A stretch of DNA of 63,539 bases, the filler included, from Reclinomonas americana ATCC 50394 (lineage: Eukaryota), in assembly GCA_048213135.1 (NCBI GenBank). It is 9 parts of 6 records of this genome, joined end to end, with 100 filler letters (N's around TTAATTAATTAA, not from the genome) between each part and the next. Parts side by side here need not be neighbours in the genome. Positions count along the whole stretch, not along the records: positions 24,347 to 32,352 come from PS015260.1; positions 32,453 to 39,509 come from PS015260.1; positions 39,610 to 45,166 come from PS015260.1; 6 more parts are not named here. One strand, given 5' to 3'. How positions within the stretch are numbered: position 1 is the stretch's first letter; each line of letters starts with the position of its first letter. This document shows, one piece after another, positions 27,104-39,976 of this stretch. The position numbers and the translations under genes are program-made. Below the pieces are notes generated by a model. That model searched no databases and was not told the DNA's origin. It saw only the letters and a program-made list of their open reading frames with translations.

Positions 27104-28100
27104 CTAATGTGCCTCCTGGTCCCAGTGCACAGCCTTGCCCGTCGCCAGAGACCACGCTCGCACAGTTTTGTCCCTGCCACCACCTACGACGTGCTGTCCG
27201 TCGGAAGTGATGGCGACGCAGCTCACCCATTTTGTGTGTCCCTTCAGGCGTCGCACTTGCTGGCCACTTGCCAGCAACCACACACGCACTGTATTGTCGG
27301 TGCTACCAGTCACAACGTACCGACCGTCGGGGGTGACGGCGACAGAGTTCACACTCTTGCTGTGCCCCTCCAGTCGACGCACTTCCTCACCACTCTCCAG
27401 TGACCAAACTCGTGCTACGCTCTCACTACTCCCACTGATGATGTGCTGACCGTCGGGAGTGACGGCGACTGACGACACCCATTCCCGGTGTCTCTCCAAC
27501 TGTCGCATCTCCTTGCCACTCGCCAGGGACCACACTCGCAGAATGCCGTTGCTGCCACTCACAATGTGCTGACTATCGGGGGTAACGGCAACAGCGTACA
27601 CGCCGTCGGCGTGTCCCTCCAGTCGTCGCACTTCTTCTCCACTCGACAGAGACCAGATACGCACGGTGTTGTCTCCGCTGCCACTGACAAGGTGTTGGCC
27701 GTCTGGAGTGATCGCGACAGACAGCACAGGCTTGGTGTGCCCCTCCAGCCGACGCACTTCCTCTCCACTCGCCAGAGACCACACTCGTATCGTTGCGTCG
27801 TAGCTCCCGCTGACGACGTGCTGGCCATCGGGAGTGACAGCTGCACAGGTCACCCCCTAGGCGTGCTTCCCGAGTTGTCGCACATCCTCCCCAGTCGCCA
27901 ACGACCACACATGCAGAGTGCCGTTCTCACAGCCGCTCACAACGAGCCGGCTGTCGGGAGTGATGGTGACGGATTCGACTGCGACCGCGTGTGCCTTTGA
28001 GGACGACGCCCCCTGCACGAACATGGTGAAGCAAATGAGCAGCAGCAACAGCAGTGTGGAAGGAGGTGCAAGAGCGCACTTTCGATGATGATGAACCCAT
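27104..28100 (-). pseudogene. WD40-array gene (~7 repeats) with MGSSSSK N-terminus and an in-frame TAG at 27857-27859
   Basis: A 21-nt first exon (28100-28080) splices to a long exon of ~42-aa repeats GH..V.SVAVTPDGQH.VSGS.D.TVRVWSLASGEEVRRLE. The reading is GKHA*GVTCAAVTPDG. Confidence 0.72.
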
Positions 28101-28754
28101 TTGTCGCAGCGCGCGCGCGCCTGAGAGCCGAGGAGTGCATGCTGTGGGACACTTCTCGCAACAATGCGACAATATCCGGTCAGGCCTCTTGCGGCAGAGT
28201 GCAGGCGACGTCTGTGGTTGATGGCACAAGGTTGTTGCTGATGGTTTTGCGCGGAGAAAACATGCAAATGTACACTGTGCAGCAAACGGGTTGAGAATAC
28301 TGGCGGACATGAACATCTGAAGCACTCACTTGAAGCAGCGCTGCAGCGATGAACCTGCTGATCGCTACAAGCGGCGCTCAGACACCGCACCAAGGAGTCG
28401 TGCTGCCCGTCAACACTGATTGCACCATCGAAGTGCTCACGAGGCTGAAGTCAAGCCGCTGGGTATCAGCGGAGTTTGCGTCCGCCGTACAAGCATGCTG
28501 TCGCTCTCCTTCAACATGGAAAACCCCGTGCACCGAGAAGTGAGTGCCAGAAGAGCACAGACAACTCACAAGAAACTCGGGAACGTGAGCGCCAGAAGTT
28601 TGGCATCACAAGAGAGCCTGCTTCCAAAAGCAGCCCAACTTAAAGGAACGGGTCACCATCGACCCAACATGTAAGAATCATCAAGTTTAGTATTCCTCTG
28701 AATACAAACAGACAAACAAGCTAGAGCACTACCTCACTCTTTGCCGGCATAAAC

Positions 28755-31700
28755 TCATCCCACAATCAACGTAAACTGCCCACACGCCTCGCGCACCGCC
28801 CGCATCACCTCCAGCACCTCCTGCGCCACCGGCCGGTCCCGGCGCAAACTCATGCACCGCATGCCAAGCTCGAACATGGGCTCGGCGATGCGCGCCGTCC
28901 ATTCCACGCCCTCGCCGGCGTCTACCAGCTCCATTGTGTGGATAGAGGCAGGTTGCCGATCCCACGCACTCGACCACTCGCGCACACTGCTCACCGCCTT
29001 GCCGGTGACCAGTTGCAGGAGCACAATGCCCATGGAGAATACGTCGCTTTCGGGCTGCGGGCTTCGCGAGTGCATGTGCAGTGGGTCCATGTAGTCCAGT
29101 GTGCCAACGGCGGTGGTGGTCTGTGTGATGCCAGAGAAGAGAGTGAGTGGGCGAAAAACAGCAGGGAATGCCAAGCAATAACAAGACCTTGCCACCGGCG
29201 ATGGACCGCGCAANNNNNNNNNNNNNNNNNNNNNNNNNNNNNNNNNNNNNNNNNNNNNNNNNNNNNNNNNNNNNNNNNNNNNNNNNNNNNNNNNNNNNNN
29301 NNNNNNNNNNNNNNNNNNNNNNNNNNNNNNNNNNNNNNNNNNNNNNNNNNNNNNNNNNNNNNNNNNNNNNNNNNNNNNNNNNNNNNNNNNNNNNNNNNNN
29401 NNNNNNNNNNNNNNNNNNNNNNNNNNNNNNNNNNNNNNNNNNNNNNNNNNNNNNNNNNNNNNNNNNNNNNNNNNNNNNNNNNNNNNNNNNNNNNNNNNNN
29501 NNNNNNNNNNNNNNNNNNNNNNNNNNNNNNNNNNNNNNNNNNNNNNNNNNNNNNNNNNNNNNNNNNNNNNNNNNNNNNNNNNNNNNNNNNNNNNNNNNNN
29601 NNNNNNNNNNNNNNNNNNNNNNNNNNNNNNNNNNNNNNNNNNNNNNNNNNNNNNNNNNNNNNNNNNNNNNNNNNNNNNNNNNNNNNNNNNNNNNNNNNNN
29701 NNNNNNNNNNNNNNNNNNNNNNNNNNTGCCAAAGTCACCGAGGCACGGTTCCAGCCGGTGGTCCAGCAGTATGTTGGAGGGCTTGATGTCGCGGTGCACC
29801 ACGTTGTTCTGCGATGGGATGGACGAGTGGTGAAACTCAGGGGGGAGGAGGAGACAGACTGTTCCGTCTCTCACAGACCTTGTGCAAGAATGCCACAGCC
29901 TCGGCCAGTCCGAGCCCAATCTGCACGCGCTGAACGACAGAGAGTGGCGCACGGCCGGCACGCGGAAGAAGAAGCAGATCATCCAGACTTTGGGCCCTGC
30001 GTGCGCTTCGTGGATGAGCGAGGCAAGAGGACTGGAGGGAACTACTAAGACGCACTCGAGGGCCTTGTACACCAGGCAGCGCTCCTGATCGTCGCCCACT
30101 GAGTAGCCGACGAGAGGGACAATGCGACGATGTTGAAGGCGACCGAGAGTTGCGACCTTTGCGAATTCGAAGATGGGTGAGGAAACGGAAGGAGAACAGA
30201 GACAGAATGGTTGCAGACCTCGCTCTCGAACGACTCCATCGTCCACGGTGCAGCAGGATCGAGCACCTTGATGGCCACATGCATCTCGTGCAGCACGGTG
30301 ATGTAAACTGCGCCCTGACCACCCGAGCCGACCTTGAGGTGAGGAGAGAAGGCGTCGGTGGCTTGCACGATCTCGAGCCACTCGAAGCGCTGNNNNNNNN
30401 NNNNNNNNNNNNCACCGAGGTGTCGACTGTAGAATGGAGTGAGATGCATGCAGACTGAGAGACAAAGAGGAGAGGAGTCAGACCTTGGGTGAGAAGCAGC
30501 TCTTGCCGCAGTTGGGGGACAAGCCGATCGCTTGCCTCCAGTCGCGCAGCGAGGTCGTCCTTGTCTTGCAGGGCAACAGACAACTGTTGGACGACAGTGG
30601 AAAGCTGAGAAGCGATTTGGTCTCGTTCAGCTTGCAGTTGTTGTGCGTGGTGCTCCGAAATCGAAAGTTGTTGACGGGTGGTGGAGAGCTCAGTCTGGAG
30701 TTGATTCACGGTAGTGCGTTCAACTTGCAGCTGTGACTCGGTAGCAGCCAGTTGTTGACGGGTGGTAGAAAGTTGAGCGGTGACGGCATCGTGCTGCTGT
30801 CGAGCGGCCTGGAGTTGTGTGGCAAACTGGTCGCGTTCTGTTCGCAGCTGTGCGTCGAGCTCGGCAAGGCGTGCAGTTGATGACTGATCGGGGACTACGA
30901 CTGCTGCTGAAGCGGACGGCGGCGTTGACGGCCCGACGAGTGCGCGGACTGATTGCTGGCGGGGTGTCGCCGCGGTGTCGGTGCTAAGTCCGGAACTGAA
31001 AACTGCAGAGACAACGGGTGTGAGAAACCAAATCAAAATTGGAACGTAAGTGGCGTACCTACCTCGAACAGTGTAGTCGAAACTCCCACTTATTATGTGC
31101 TGACCATCGGGCGAGACGGCCACAGACCACACTTCATTGGTGTGCCCCTGTAACCGTCGCACTTTCTTGCCCGTCGCCAGTGACCACACTCGCACTGCGT
31201 TACTGCCGCTGACAATGTGCTGGCCGTCGGGAGTGACAGCGACACCAGACACTCTGTGGTTACCTTCAAACCGTCGCACNNNNNNNNNNNNNNNNNNNNN
31301 NNNNNNNNNNNNNNNNNNNNNNNNNNNNNNNNNNNNNNNNNNNNNNNNNNNNNNNNNNNNNNNNNNNNNNNNNNNNNNNNNNNNNNNNNNNNNNNNNNNN
31401 NNNNNNNNNNNNNNNNNNNNNNNNNNNNNNNNNNNNNNNNNNNNNNNNNNNNNNNNNNNNNNNNNNNNNNNNNNNNNNNNNNNNNNNNNNNNNNNNNNNN
31501 NNNNNNNNNNNNNNNNNNNNNNNNNNNNNNNNNNNNNNNNNNNNNNNNNNNNNNNNNNNNNNNNNNNNNNNNNNNNNNNNNNNNNNNNNNNNNNNNNNNN
31601 NNNNNNTTCTTCTCCACTCGCCAGTGACCACACTCGTACCGTCATGTCCCAGCTCGCACTTATTACGTGCTGGCCATCGGGAGTAATGACGACTGAGATC

Positions 31701-32331
31701 ACCTGATCGGTGTGTCCAGCTAACTGTCTAACCTGTTGCCCCGTCGCAAATGACCACACAAGCACTGGGCCATTCTGACTGCCACTGACGATGTGCTGAC
31801 CATCGGGAGTGACGGCGACACAATTCCAGGCACCAATGCCTCCCTCCAATCGTCGCACTTGCTCTCCACTTGCCAGTGAGCACACTCGCACTGTGCAATC
31901 GATACTACCACTGACGCAGTGCTGACCATCCGGGGTGACAACAATGCAAAGCACTTGGTCAGAATGTGCCTGCAGTCGCCTCACTTCCATCCCGCTTGCA
32001 ACGGACCACACTCGTATTGTCTTGTCAGCACTCCCACTCAGAACGTGCTGCCCATCGGGAGTGATGGCGACTGAAAGCACCTCATTCACTCTTTCTGGAT
32101 TCCGCAAGCAACGCACTTCTCGCCCACGGGCCAGAGACCACAGTCGCACGGTGCCGTCCAAACTCCCACTAACGATGTGCTGACAATCGGGAGTGACAGC
32201 GACAGAAGACACCCTTCCAGTGTGTCCCTCAAGTACCTGCAACATGCAAGCTGAGACGCGCAAACACACACAGAGAGAGAGAGAGAGAAGGAATGAGCGC
32301 CAAAACGCACTTTTGTCGCCGATGCACCCAT
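28755..32331 (-). CDS. MGASATK N-terminus + WD40 array + coiled coil + Pelle/IRAK/RLK-type protein kinase
   Basis: Seven visible WD40 repeats plus a 327-nt gap, then a Q-rich coiled coil. Kinase motifs: RFEWLEIVQATDAFS, VGSGGQGAVY, VAIKVL, LQHRRIVPLVGY, CLVY, RVQIGLGLAEAVAFLH, VHRDIKPSNILLD, DFG, GTLDYMDP, SDVFSMGIVLLQLVTG. Confidence 0.88.
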
Positions 32332-32882
32332 TCTCTACTGTGTAGCGCTTGCNNNNNNNNNNNNNNNNNNNNNNNNNNNNNNNNNNNNNNNNNNNNTTAA
32401 TTAATTAANNNNNNNNNNNNNNNNNNNNNNNNNNNNNNNNNNNNNNNNNNNNGTGTGTGACAAGCCAGGACTCTTATTTGCGTGAAGTTGCAAGTCCACC
32501 AACTCACGCGCATGCGACCTAACTAGCCGGACAGTAGTGATAATTGCAGATGCCACTACGAAGGCGAGAACAGGCGCACGAAAGTCGAGCATACGTTGGT
32601 TCTCTGAAGCTTGTATTTCACGAGCAGAATACAGATGCGTGAAGAGCAGAGAGGAAAGTCACAGGGTGCAACGACTGAGTCGTGGGGTGACCTGTCGAGA
32701 GTCAAACAGCAAGGACAGGAGCCTCTCCTCGAGATGAGAACCGTGATATCTCCGGCTGAATCAGCAGCCGCCACATTCGAACACCTGATGAAGAGAGCCG
32801 TCCCCTCCGCTGCTGTCCATTCCCCTCTAAGCAGAGCCCACAGAGTACCCGTTTGGAGAAAGCATAACCTATACTCCCTCAA

Positions 32883-33910
32883 CTACCGCCCCACTGACAC
32901 CGCCGGCGCCGACAAGCACGACACAATCAACTTGGCCCTCTTCCCAATGACCCGATCGTCCTTGTTCAACTTGTCCGAGCCCTCCTTCTTCGCCTTGGAA
33001 TACCGGCCTGCCGCCGCCGATGCATCCTGCAGCAACCTCTGGATACAAGCACACCCACACTCTCAATCAGCACCACGCAGCAAGCACCTCTGCACACACT
33101 CGACATGCACACAACCTGTCGAGCCACTCCCTGCATCGACGCCAGATACTCCAGCGCCACCGCAAAGTCGCTCTTGCCCAGCACATGCTTGTCATACAGA
33201 TGCTTCACCAACTCCTTCTGCTCACACGCACGCAATCGGCCAGTAAGAAAACAACGGGGGCGCCCCGACGAGTCGATGATGTGAATGTGCACATGGCGCA
33301 AGCAAGCACCTGCAGCAACTTGTTGAACTTCCACGACGCCCGTGCGGTCTTCCACTGCAGCACGTACTGCACCGAGGCCTCCACTGCATCGCCACACGAC
33401 AGTGAGCGGCATGCACGCACACACGTATGTGACAAAACGCAACATCGCTTTCGTCGTTTCTGCTCCCGCTCATCCTCATCGCCCCCCTTGTCGCCCTCGC
33501 CCTCACCCTCCTTTTCCTTCTCCTTCTCCTTTTCCTCCTCGTCCTCCCGGATCGCCTCCAGCCTCCTCCTCTCTGCACACACACACATACATCAGTCATC
33601 GCCACGCAATCAAGATCGTGGAGGAGATGACGCAACTCTTGCGCAGCTGGTCGCGCTTCTTCATAAACTCCTTCCGCATCAGCTTCTTCTCCTCTGGCGT
33701 CATGTCTGGCCTCTCCTTTGCCTGCTCCTCCTCCGCCATCTCTGCATCCTCCTCCTCCTTCTTCAGCTTCTCCAACATCTCTTCGGCCTCCAACTCGTCG
33801 TCGGCCTTTTCCTTCTTCTTGTGCTTCTTGCTCTTCTTCTTCTCCTCCTCTACTGCAGGTTCATCCTCCTGCTCCACCACCTCCTCCTTTGACTTGGACT
33901 TCTTTGGCAT
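32883..33910 (-). CDS. WKF-domain (DUF2373/C7orf50-like) protein
   Basis: K/E-rich N-terminus, then QYVLQWKTARASWKFNKLLQ, LVKHLYD, LEYLASMQGVAR and KRAKLI. Confidence 0.82.
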
Positions 33911-34175
33911 CTCTCCAACGACACAATGAAAAGTGATTGAAACGCGACAGGACAGCTTTCACGCAAGGACTCTCCTCTCTTCTTCTTCTCATCAGACATG
34001 TTTTCCCAAACCAGACCCTTCCCTTTGTCGATTTTGTCGTGCAAGGTTGTCATTTATCCACTCCACTCACGAGCGCACGCAAACCAGAGAGATAATCAGT
34101 CGAGAACGTGCAGCAGCAAAGGTGTCGCCCGCGTGCAAAGAGACGGTTAACGGATAACAGGAAGGGGTGGAGAGT

Positions 34176-35360
34176 TTAGTAGCCCTCCGGGGTGGCGGTG
34201 TCGAAACCAGCCGGGGCCTGGTACTGGCCAGCAGAGCCCTCCCAGGTGTTCGAGGCATCAGCCCAGTCGCTGCTGCCAGCGTACGCGCTAGCATCTACGT
34301 CAACATAGAGAAGTCAGACGTTTGACGACACCTTTCGAGGATGTGTAAAGAAAGACGAACCGACAAGAGCGTGAGCGTCGACCTCCTCGAAGCCGGCGGC
34401 GGCGGCGGCACCCTCGGCCTCAGCCTGAGCCTTCTCCACCTCTTCCGGATCACGGTAGAAGAAGAGATCGGCCTGCACAACACAACAATGAGAGGAGAGA
34501 AAGAAGAGGAGAAGACTCTTCATCATCATCTCGTCACCTTGACGTCCCACGGGATGGCGCGGGAGACACCGCCGCGCAGGCGGAGGACCTCACGGGTCAG
34601 GAACCAGTAGAGGATACCGACCGAGTTCTTGGCCTTGTTGTTGCACGGGATGGCCACATCGACGTACTCCATCGGCGAGTCACTGTCGCAGAAGGCAATG
34701 ACCGGGATGTTCATGTAGGCCGCCTCGAGAATGGCCTGGTGGTCCATCTTCGGGTTGGTCACAATGATCAGGCGCGGCTCCGCGAAGCGCTTCTGGATCT
34801 GGTTGGTGAAGGTACCAGGAGTGAAGCGACCAGCCAAGCTAAAGAGAGAAGAGTGATGAGAAATGGCGAGATTGCTGAATGAAGAGAGGGTGGAGTGAGA
34901 CGCACTTGCTGGCACCAGTGTAGTGCGAGAACTTGAGCACGGCGCGCTGGCCCCAAGTGCCGGCGGCAATCGCGCACACATCAGCCGGGTTCTGCGTGTG
35001 TGAGTGTGAGTGGACATGACTCGCTCGCTCTTCTCTCTCTTCATCAAACAAACCTCAATCGACACAATGATGCGGGCAGCGAGCATCAGCTTCTCCCACG
35101 TGCGGCCGAGGTGGATGATGTTGGCGCCTGCGTGGTGGAAAGGGGGAGGGAGGCGCACATGTCATGTGCATGTCGCTCACCATGTCACACACACTCTCTC
35201 ACACACAAAGCTACGCACTGTCGGCACGCTGGTTCCAGATGTAGCGGGCCATCTGCGACTCGCACTTCTTGGCACCAATGTGCACCTGGCACGCCATCAA
35301 GCGCTGAATGTCATCTTCCGTGGGCGCAAGCACACGATCTCCGTTGGACGCAAGGCTCAT
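34176..35360 (-). CDS. RPSA: 40S ribosomal protein SA (uS2)
   Basis: [48 protein letters not shown] and [10 protein letters not shown] over six coding exons. A probable 5'UTR intron lies at ~35385-35455. Confidence 0.98.
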
Positions 35361-35692
35361 CTTGTCGCAAGTGAGGGGACAACCTGAAACACACACACAA
35401 CAAACAGATAAGCCACCACAGCAGCACAAGGCAGCGACGAGAGGATCAAGTCACCTTTGGCAATGCACAAGTCCGGTAATGTGAAGGGTTACGGCGTGAA
35501 ATTGCGGCATGGAAAGTAACCCCACACGCCCTCCGTAAGCTTTCATGGACGCTGCTATTCATCATTCTGCTCTCCAGCTCTTCGCCTTCCTCAGAAGCCA
35601 TTGTAATGATCTCGGCATCGCCATGCAACCTTATTCTGGCGGGAACACCTTGCGAGCACATCTGTCCCGTTTTACTTCGGCCACACTCAATC

Positions 35693-38600
35693 ATGAGCGG
35701 AGGAGGTGCCGGTCGCACGTCTGTGCGTTATCCCAACACGGAGATGCCGTTTGTGTGGTGGCGCGGGCACTGCCACACGCGATATGTGTCGATGAATGAT
35801 CCGTTTTATCATTCGTCGTCGGCGCTCATTCTGAAGATCCCTGGTGAGCATAGAGGAGAGAGGGTGGAGGAGACAGAGGGAGAGGGGGACAGAGGGATGT
35901 TGAGGGAGAGAGATTGGGAGAGAGTGTGGATTTGTGGTGATGAGAGTGGACGGTCGTCGTTAATTTGCTCATCGATGCCGCGCTCGTTTCCGCTCTCTCT
36001 GCGAGAGTGTGTGATCTTCTTCTCGTGCTATGCATGTACTCAGTCGATGGGCGCGTTCGCGTTATCCAGTCCTCGATCGTATGCATTTTGCTTTCTTCTG
36101 TCACTCTTTCTCTCTCTGTCTCGCTCGCTTTCTCTCTCTCTGTCTGCCTTCTCTTCTTGCATCGAGGAGTCCTCGCACTCAAGCGAAGGGCGTCCTTTTT
36201 GCGCGCTGTTTGGTAACCCATGTGTGGCTTGCACATCCTCTCTCTTTGTTTCTCCAGGCGCTCACGTAATCGAGCGATGGGCGCCTGTTGCACGTCGTCT
36301 CAGTCAAACTTTGTCATCGATACGTGACTTGTTTCCCTTCACTCTTTCTCCATATCTCTCTCTCTCTCTCTGTGCTCGTCCTCCTTCCTTGCCAATCATT
36401 TGGGCGAATGGCGCTTCTCTTTGCTCACGCCTTGTCATTGATGTGTGACTTGCTCATCTGCCCCTCTCTCTCTTCACTCGCTTGCACTGTCTCCACCTCC
36501 TTGTCGGTCTTCAACGATTGTCGATGTCTTGCTTCCTCTTCATCTACTCTCTCTCTCTCCTTTCTTCGCCTTCTCCCCTTTCCCTCTCCCACACTCACTC
36601 TTCGGCCACAGATCCCTACGGGCAATACCAAACACGCCTGGTATACGAGGGCGGCGTGCGAGTGTGGGAATCCGGTGCGCGTCACGTGTGGGACACGTCG
36701 ACGGGTCGCCCGTCCACGGCAGGCACGAGTGGCGGTGCGTCGGCTGCACTGATTGATGACTCAGAGCGCGAGGGAACGTGGTTGGACTCGCTACGTGATA
36801 CGGAAGGTGTGGTTGTGGGGAAAAGACTAGGGAGGGCAGAGAATGAAGAAGGAGAGCGAGAGAGAGAGAGCAACAGCGAGCGGTACAGAGAGAGCAACAG
36901 CGAGCGGTACAGAGAGAGCAACAGCGAGCGGTACAGAGAGAGCAACAGCGAGCGGTACNNNNNNNNNNNNNNNNNNNNNNNNNNNNNNNNNNNNNNNNNN
37001 NNNNNNNNNNNNNNNNNNNNNNNNNNNNNNNNNNNNNNNNNNNNNNNNNNNNNNNNNNNNNNNNNNNNNNNNNNNNNNNNNNNNNNNNNNNNNNNNNNNN
37101 NNNNNNNNNNNNNNNNNNNNNNNNNNNNNNNNNNNNNNNNNNNNNNNNNNNNNNNNNNNNNNNNNNNNNNNNNNNNNNNNNNNNNNNNNNNNNNNNNNNN
37201 NNNNNNNNNNNNNNNNNNNNNNNNNNNNNNNNNNNNNNNNNNNNNNNNNNNNNNNNNNNNNNNNNNNNNNNNNNNNNNNNNNNNNNNNNNNNNNNNNNNN
37301 NNNNNNNNNNNNNNNNNNNNNNNNNNNNNNNNNNNNNNNNNNNNAGCGTACAGAGAGAGCAACAGCGAGCGTCAGAGAGAGCAACAGCGAGCGTCAGAGA
37401 GAGCAACAGCGAGCGTCAGAGTGAGCAACAGCGAGCGTCAGAGTGAGCAGCAGCGAGCGTCAGAGTGAGCAACAGCGAGCGTCAGAGTGAGCAACAGCGA
37501 GCGTCAGAGTGAGCAACAGCGAGCGTCAGAATGAGCAACAGCAAGCGTCAGAATGAGCAACAGCAAGCGTCAGAATGAGCAACAGCAAGCGTCAGAGAGC
37601 AACAGCGAACGTCAGGGAGAGCAGCAGCGAGCGTCAGAGAGAGCAACAGAGAGCATCAGGGAGAGCAACAGAGAGCATCAGGGAGAGCAGCAGCGAGCGT
37701 CAGAGAGAGCAGCAGCGAGCGTCAGAGAGAGCAGCAGCGAGCGTCAGGGAGAGCAGCAGCGAGCGTCAGGGAGAGCAGCAGCGAGCGTCAGGGAGAGCAG
37801 CAGCGAGCGTCACAGAGAGCAACAGCGAGCGTCAGAGAGCGCAACAGCGAAGCGTTTGAGCGCTGAATCGCTCACCCTTTCGCTTCTCGTCGCAGTTTTC
37901 CTGACGGACGGCGGTCCCGAGGGTCAAGAGAACCAGCGCCGTTACTTTTTGTGCACAATCAAGGTGCCGCACGGACAGGGCGTGCTGAAGCGCGCCGACG
38001 GAACCACCATCTACGAGGGCACATGGCGCGACGGGTACGTCTCTCCCTCTCTCGCATCTCACTCACTTTGTCCTCTTTCGCTGACCTCCGCATCATCCAC
38101 GCAGAAATCGCCACGGCACTGGCGACGGTGAGTACGAGACAGGACGGTACTATGGCGAGTGGGAAAATGGGTGGATGGAGGGCGAGGGCACATACACCAA
38201 CTCCGACGGTGACACGTTCCGCGGTGCGTGGAAAAAGGACATCATCTGGGAGGCCGAAGTTGCGTGCACACTCCCCTCCTTCCCGAGTCGCGCACATTGC
38301 TCATGCATTTCGAGCAGGGGTCCATGCTCCTCAAGAACGGTGAGGTGTGGGCCGGCACGTGGCATCACGGTCTCTTCAAGGGTCAAGTGGTGCAGCCGAA
38401 CGGCGACAAGTACGAAGGCGAGATCAGTATGGGTCGCTGGGTGTTTGGCGATCGGCCACCGGCACCCTCGGCACCCACCTCCGGCCCGTCGTCGCTAGCC
38501 GGTGCAGGCGGTGAGCATACTTCATGAGTCTCGCCATTTTATCGAGAAGAGAGAGTCTTACTCTGCCGTAGGTGTCACGGGCGTTGGTGGCGTGGCCACA

Positions 38601-39357
38601 CACATGGCGGCGATGGAGTTGCACCAGGTGGCCGTCGATGCTCTGCCGCGGGGCACTGCTGGAGGTGTTGGTGCGTTTCTTCTCCTCTCGTGTATTCTTC
38701 TTCTTCGCCTGGCCTTAACTCGTGGTCGTCACAGGCGCCGCTGGCGAAGATCCCGATTTCCTGGCTGTCAGCCTGGCGATTGCACGCAAGGACGGCGACG
38801 CCATCAATCCGCGCTTGCGATCCGTGTTTTCTCGCCAGTTTATCGCCGGCTTGCGTCAGGGCTCTGGCAAGGAGACACTGGTCACCGGCGGCACGTATGT
38901 CGGGTACTGGCAGGACGGACTGCGCCACGGCTTTGGCACGTTTACGTGGCCCGACGGACAGACCGAGCAGTTGTTCTACCAGAACGGACGATTGATGCAC
39001 AGTTGCGTCGCTGAAGTCCATGCGTTCTCTTGTGTGAATTGACGCTGACTTTGGCGTACTGAAAATGGCAGTGAGGACGTGTGGAGTCTCCACAGCGCCC
39101 GCCATGATGTCGCCACCATCCGGGGGCATGTCGGCGGCGACGCCTGGCATGGCCGATCGACATGCTCTCGGCACTGCAGAGGTGCGGTGGGGAGAGAGAG
39201 AGAGAGCGAGAGAGGGAGAGAGAAGGAGAGAGAAGGAGAGAGGAAGGAATGGAGAGAGGAGACAGTGTGGGGGGAGCGAGAGGGGGAGAGAGAGGGAAAG
39301 TGACAAGAGGAGAGAGAGAGGGGGGACAGCAAGAGGGAGGAAATGAGTAGACGGAGC

Positions 39358-39388
<31 letters not shown>

Positions 39389-39509
39389 AATGGGGCGTGT
39401 GGAAGCGAGTAGTGTGCAAGAGAAAGGCAATGAGACCATTATCTGAATCGCGACAACGCAGAATGGTGGCGCACGCAACGAGGAGATGCAGCGCGAACTG
39501 ATGGAGCTG
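35693..39509 (+). CDS. MORN-repeat protein, 3' end truncated
   Basis: PHGQGVLK..YEGTWRDG, YYGEWENGWMEGEGTY, GDKYEG and YVGYWQDGLRHGFGTF in an in-phase exon chain. Confidence 0.85.
36862..37850. repeat. Intronic minisatellite with 20-24-nt units (GAGAGAGCAACAGCGAGCGTCA and variants)
   Basis: Tandem copies are visible on both sides of the 36959-37344 gap, inside a MORN-gene intron. Confidence 0.93.
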
Positions 39510-39609
39510 NNNNNNNNNNNNNNNNNNNNNNNNNNNNNNNNNNNNNNNNNNNNTTAATTAATTAANNNNNNNNNNNNNNNNNNNNNNNNNNNNNNNNNNN
39601 NNNNNNNNN

Positions 39610-39976
39610 CACAAAAACTGCCTGGTTGGAGCACCACCACCACCACCACCACCGGCGCCGGCGTCCGGCTGCGAGCCACCATCGTCGTCGTCCGAGTCGA
39701 CTTCGTCAAACTTGCTGCGTGCGGACTCGAGACGCGATTGCAGTCTCCGGTGTTGCACCTGCTGCAGATTCTTCATCTCCTCGTCCAGCTTCTCGATGCA
39801 CTCCTCGGCCACACGGCGTCGGTATGCTTCCTTTTCACGCCGCCTCTTTTCGCCTGCGCACATGGAATGAGGGAGAGACAAGAGAGAAAAGTGGGGGAAG
39901 ATGAATGGGCGACGCAACGGGCCAACTCGGTCGACAGGCGCTCGCGCTCCATCTCCCACTTCATCTTCGATTGGTG
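39610..39976 (-). CDS. Coiled-coil protein fragment
   Basis: KMKWEMERERLSTELAR|EKRRREKEAYRRRVAEECIEKLDEEMKNLQ..; both ends lie in gaps. Confidence 0.55.

Noticed and set aside
27857-27859. TAG reassignment (alternative genetic code)
   Set aside because: Only one in-frame case. TAG ends other genes here (2438, 10972, 32883), and conserved genes show no internal stops.
32453-32592. Possible gene start MLDFRAPVLAFVVASAIITT
   Set aside because: A short hydrophobic ORF running into the linker, with no other support.
36862-37850. CRISPR-like array
   Set aside because: Contiguous units without spacers, no cas genes, and an intronic eukaryotic context.
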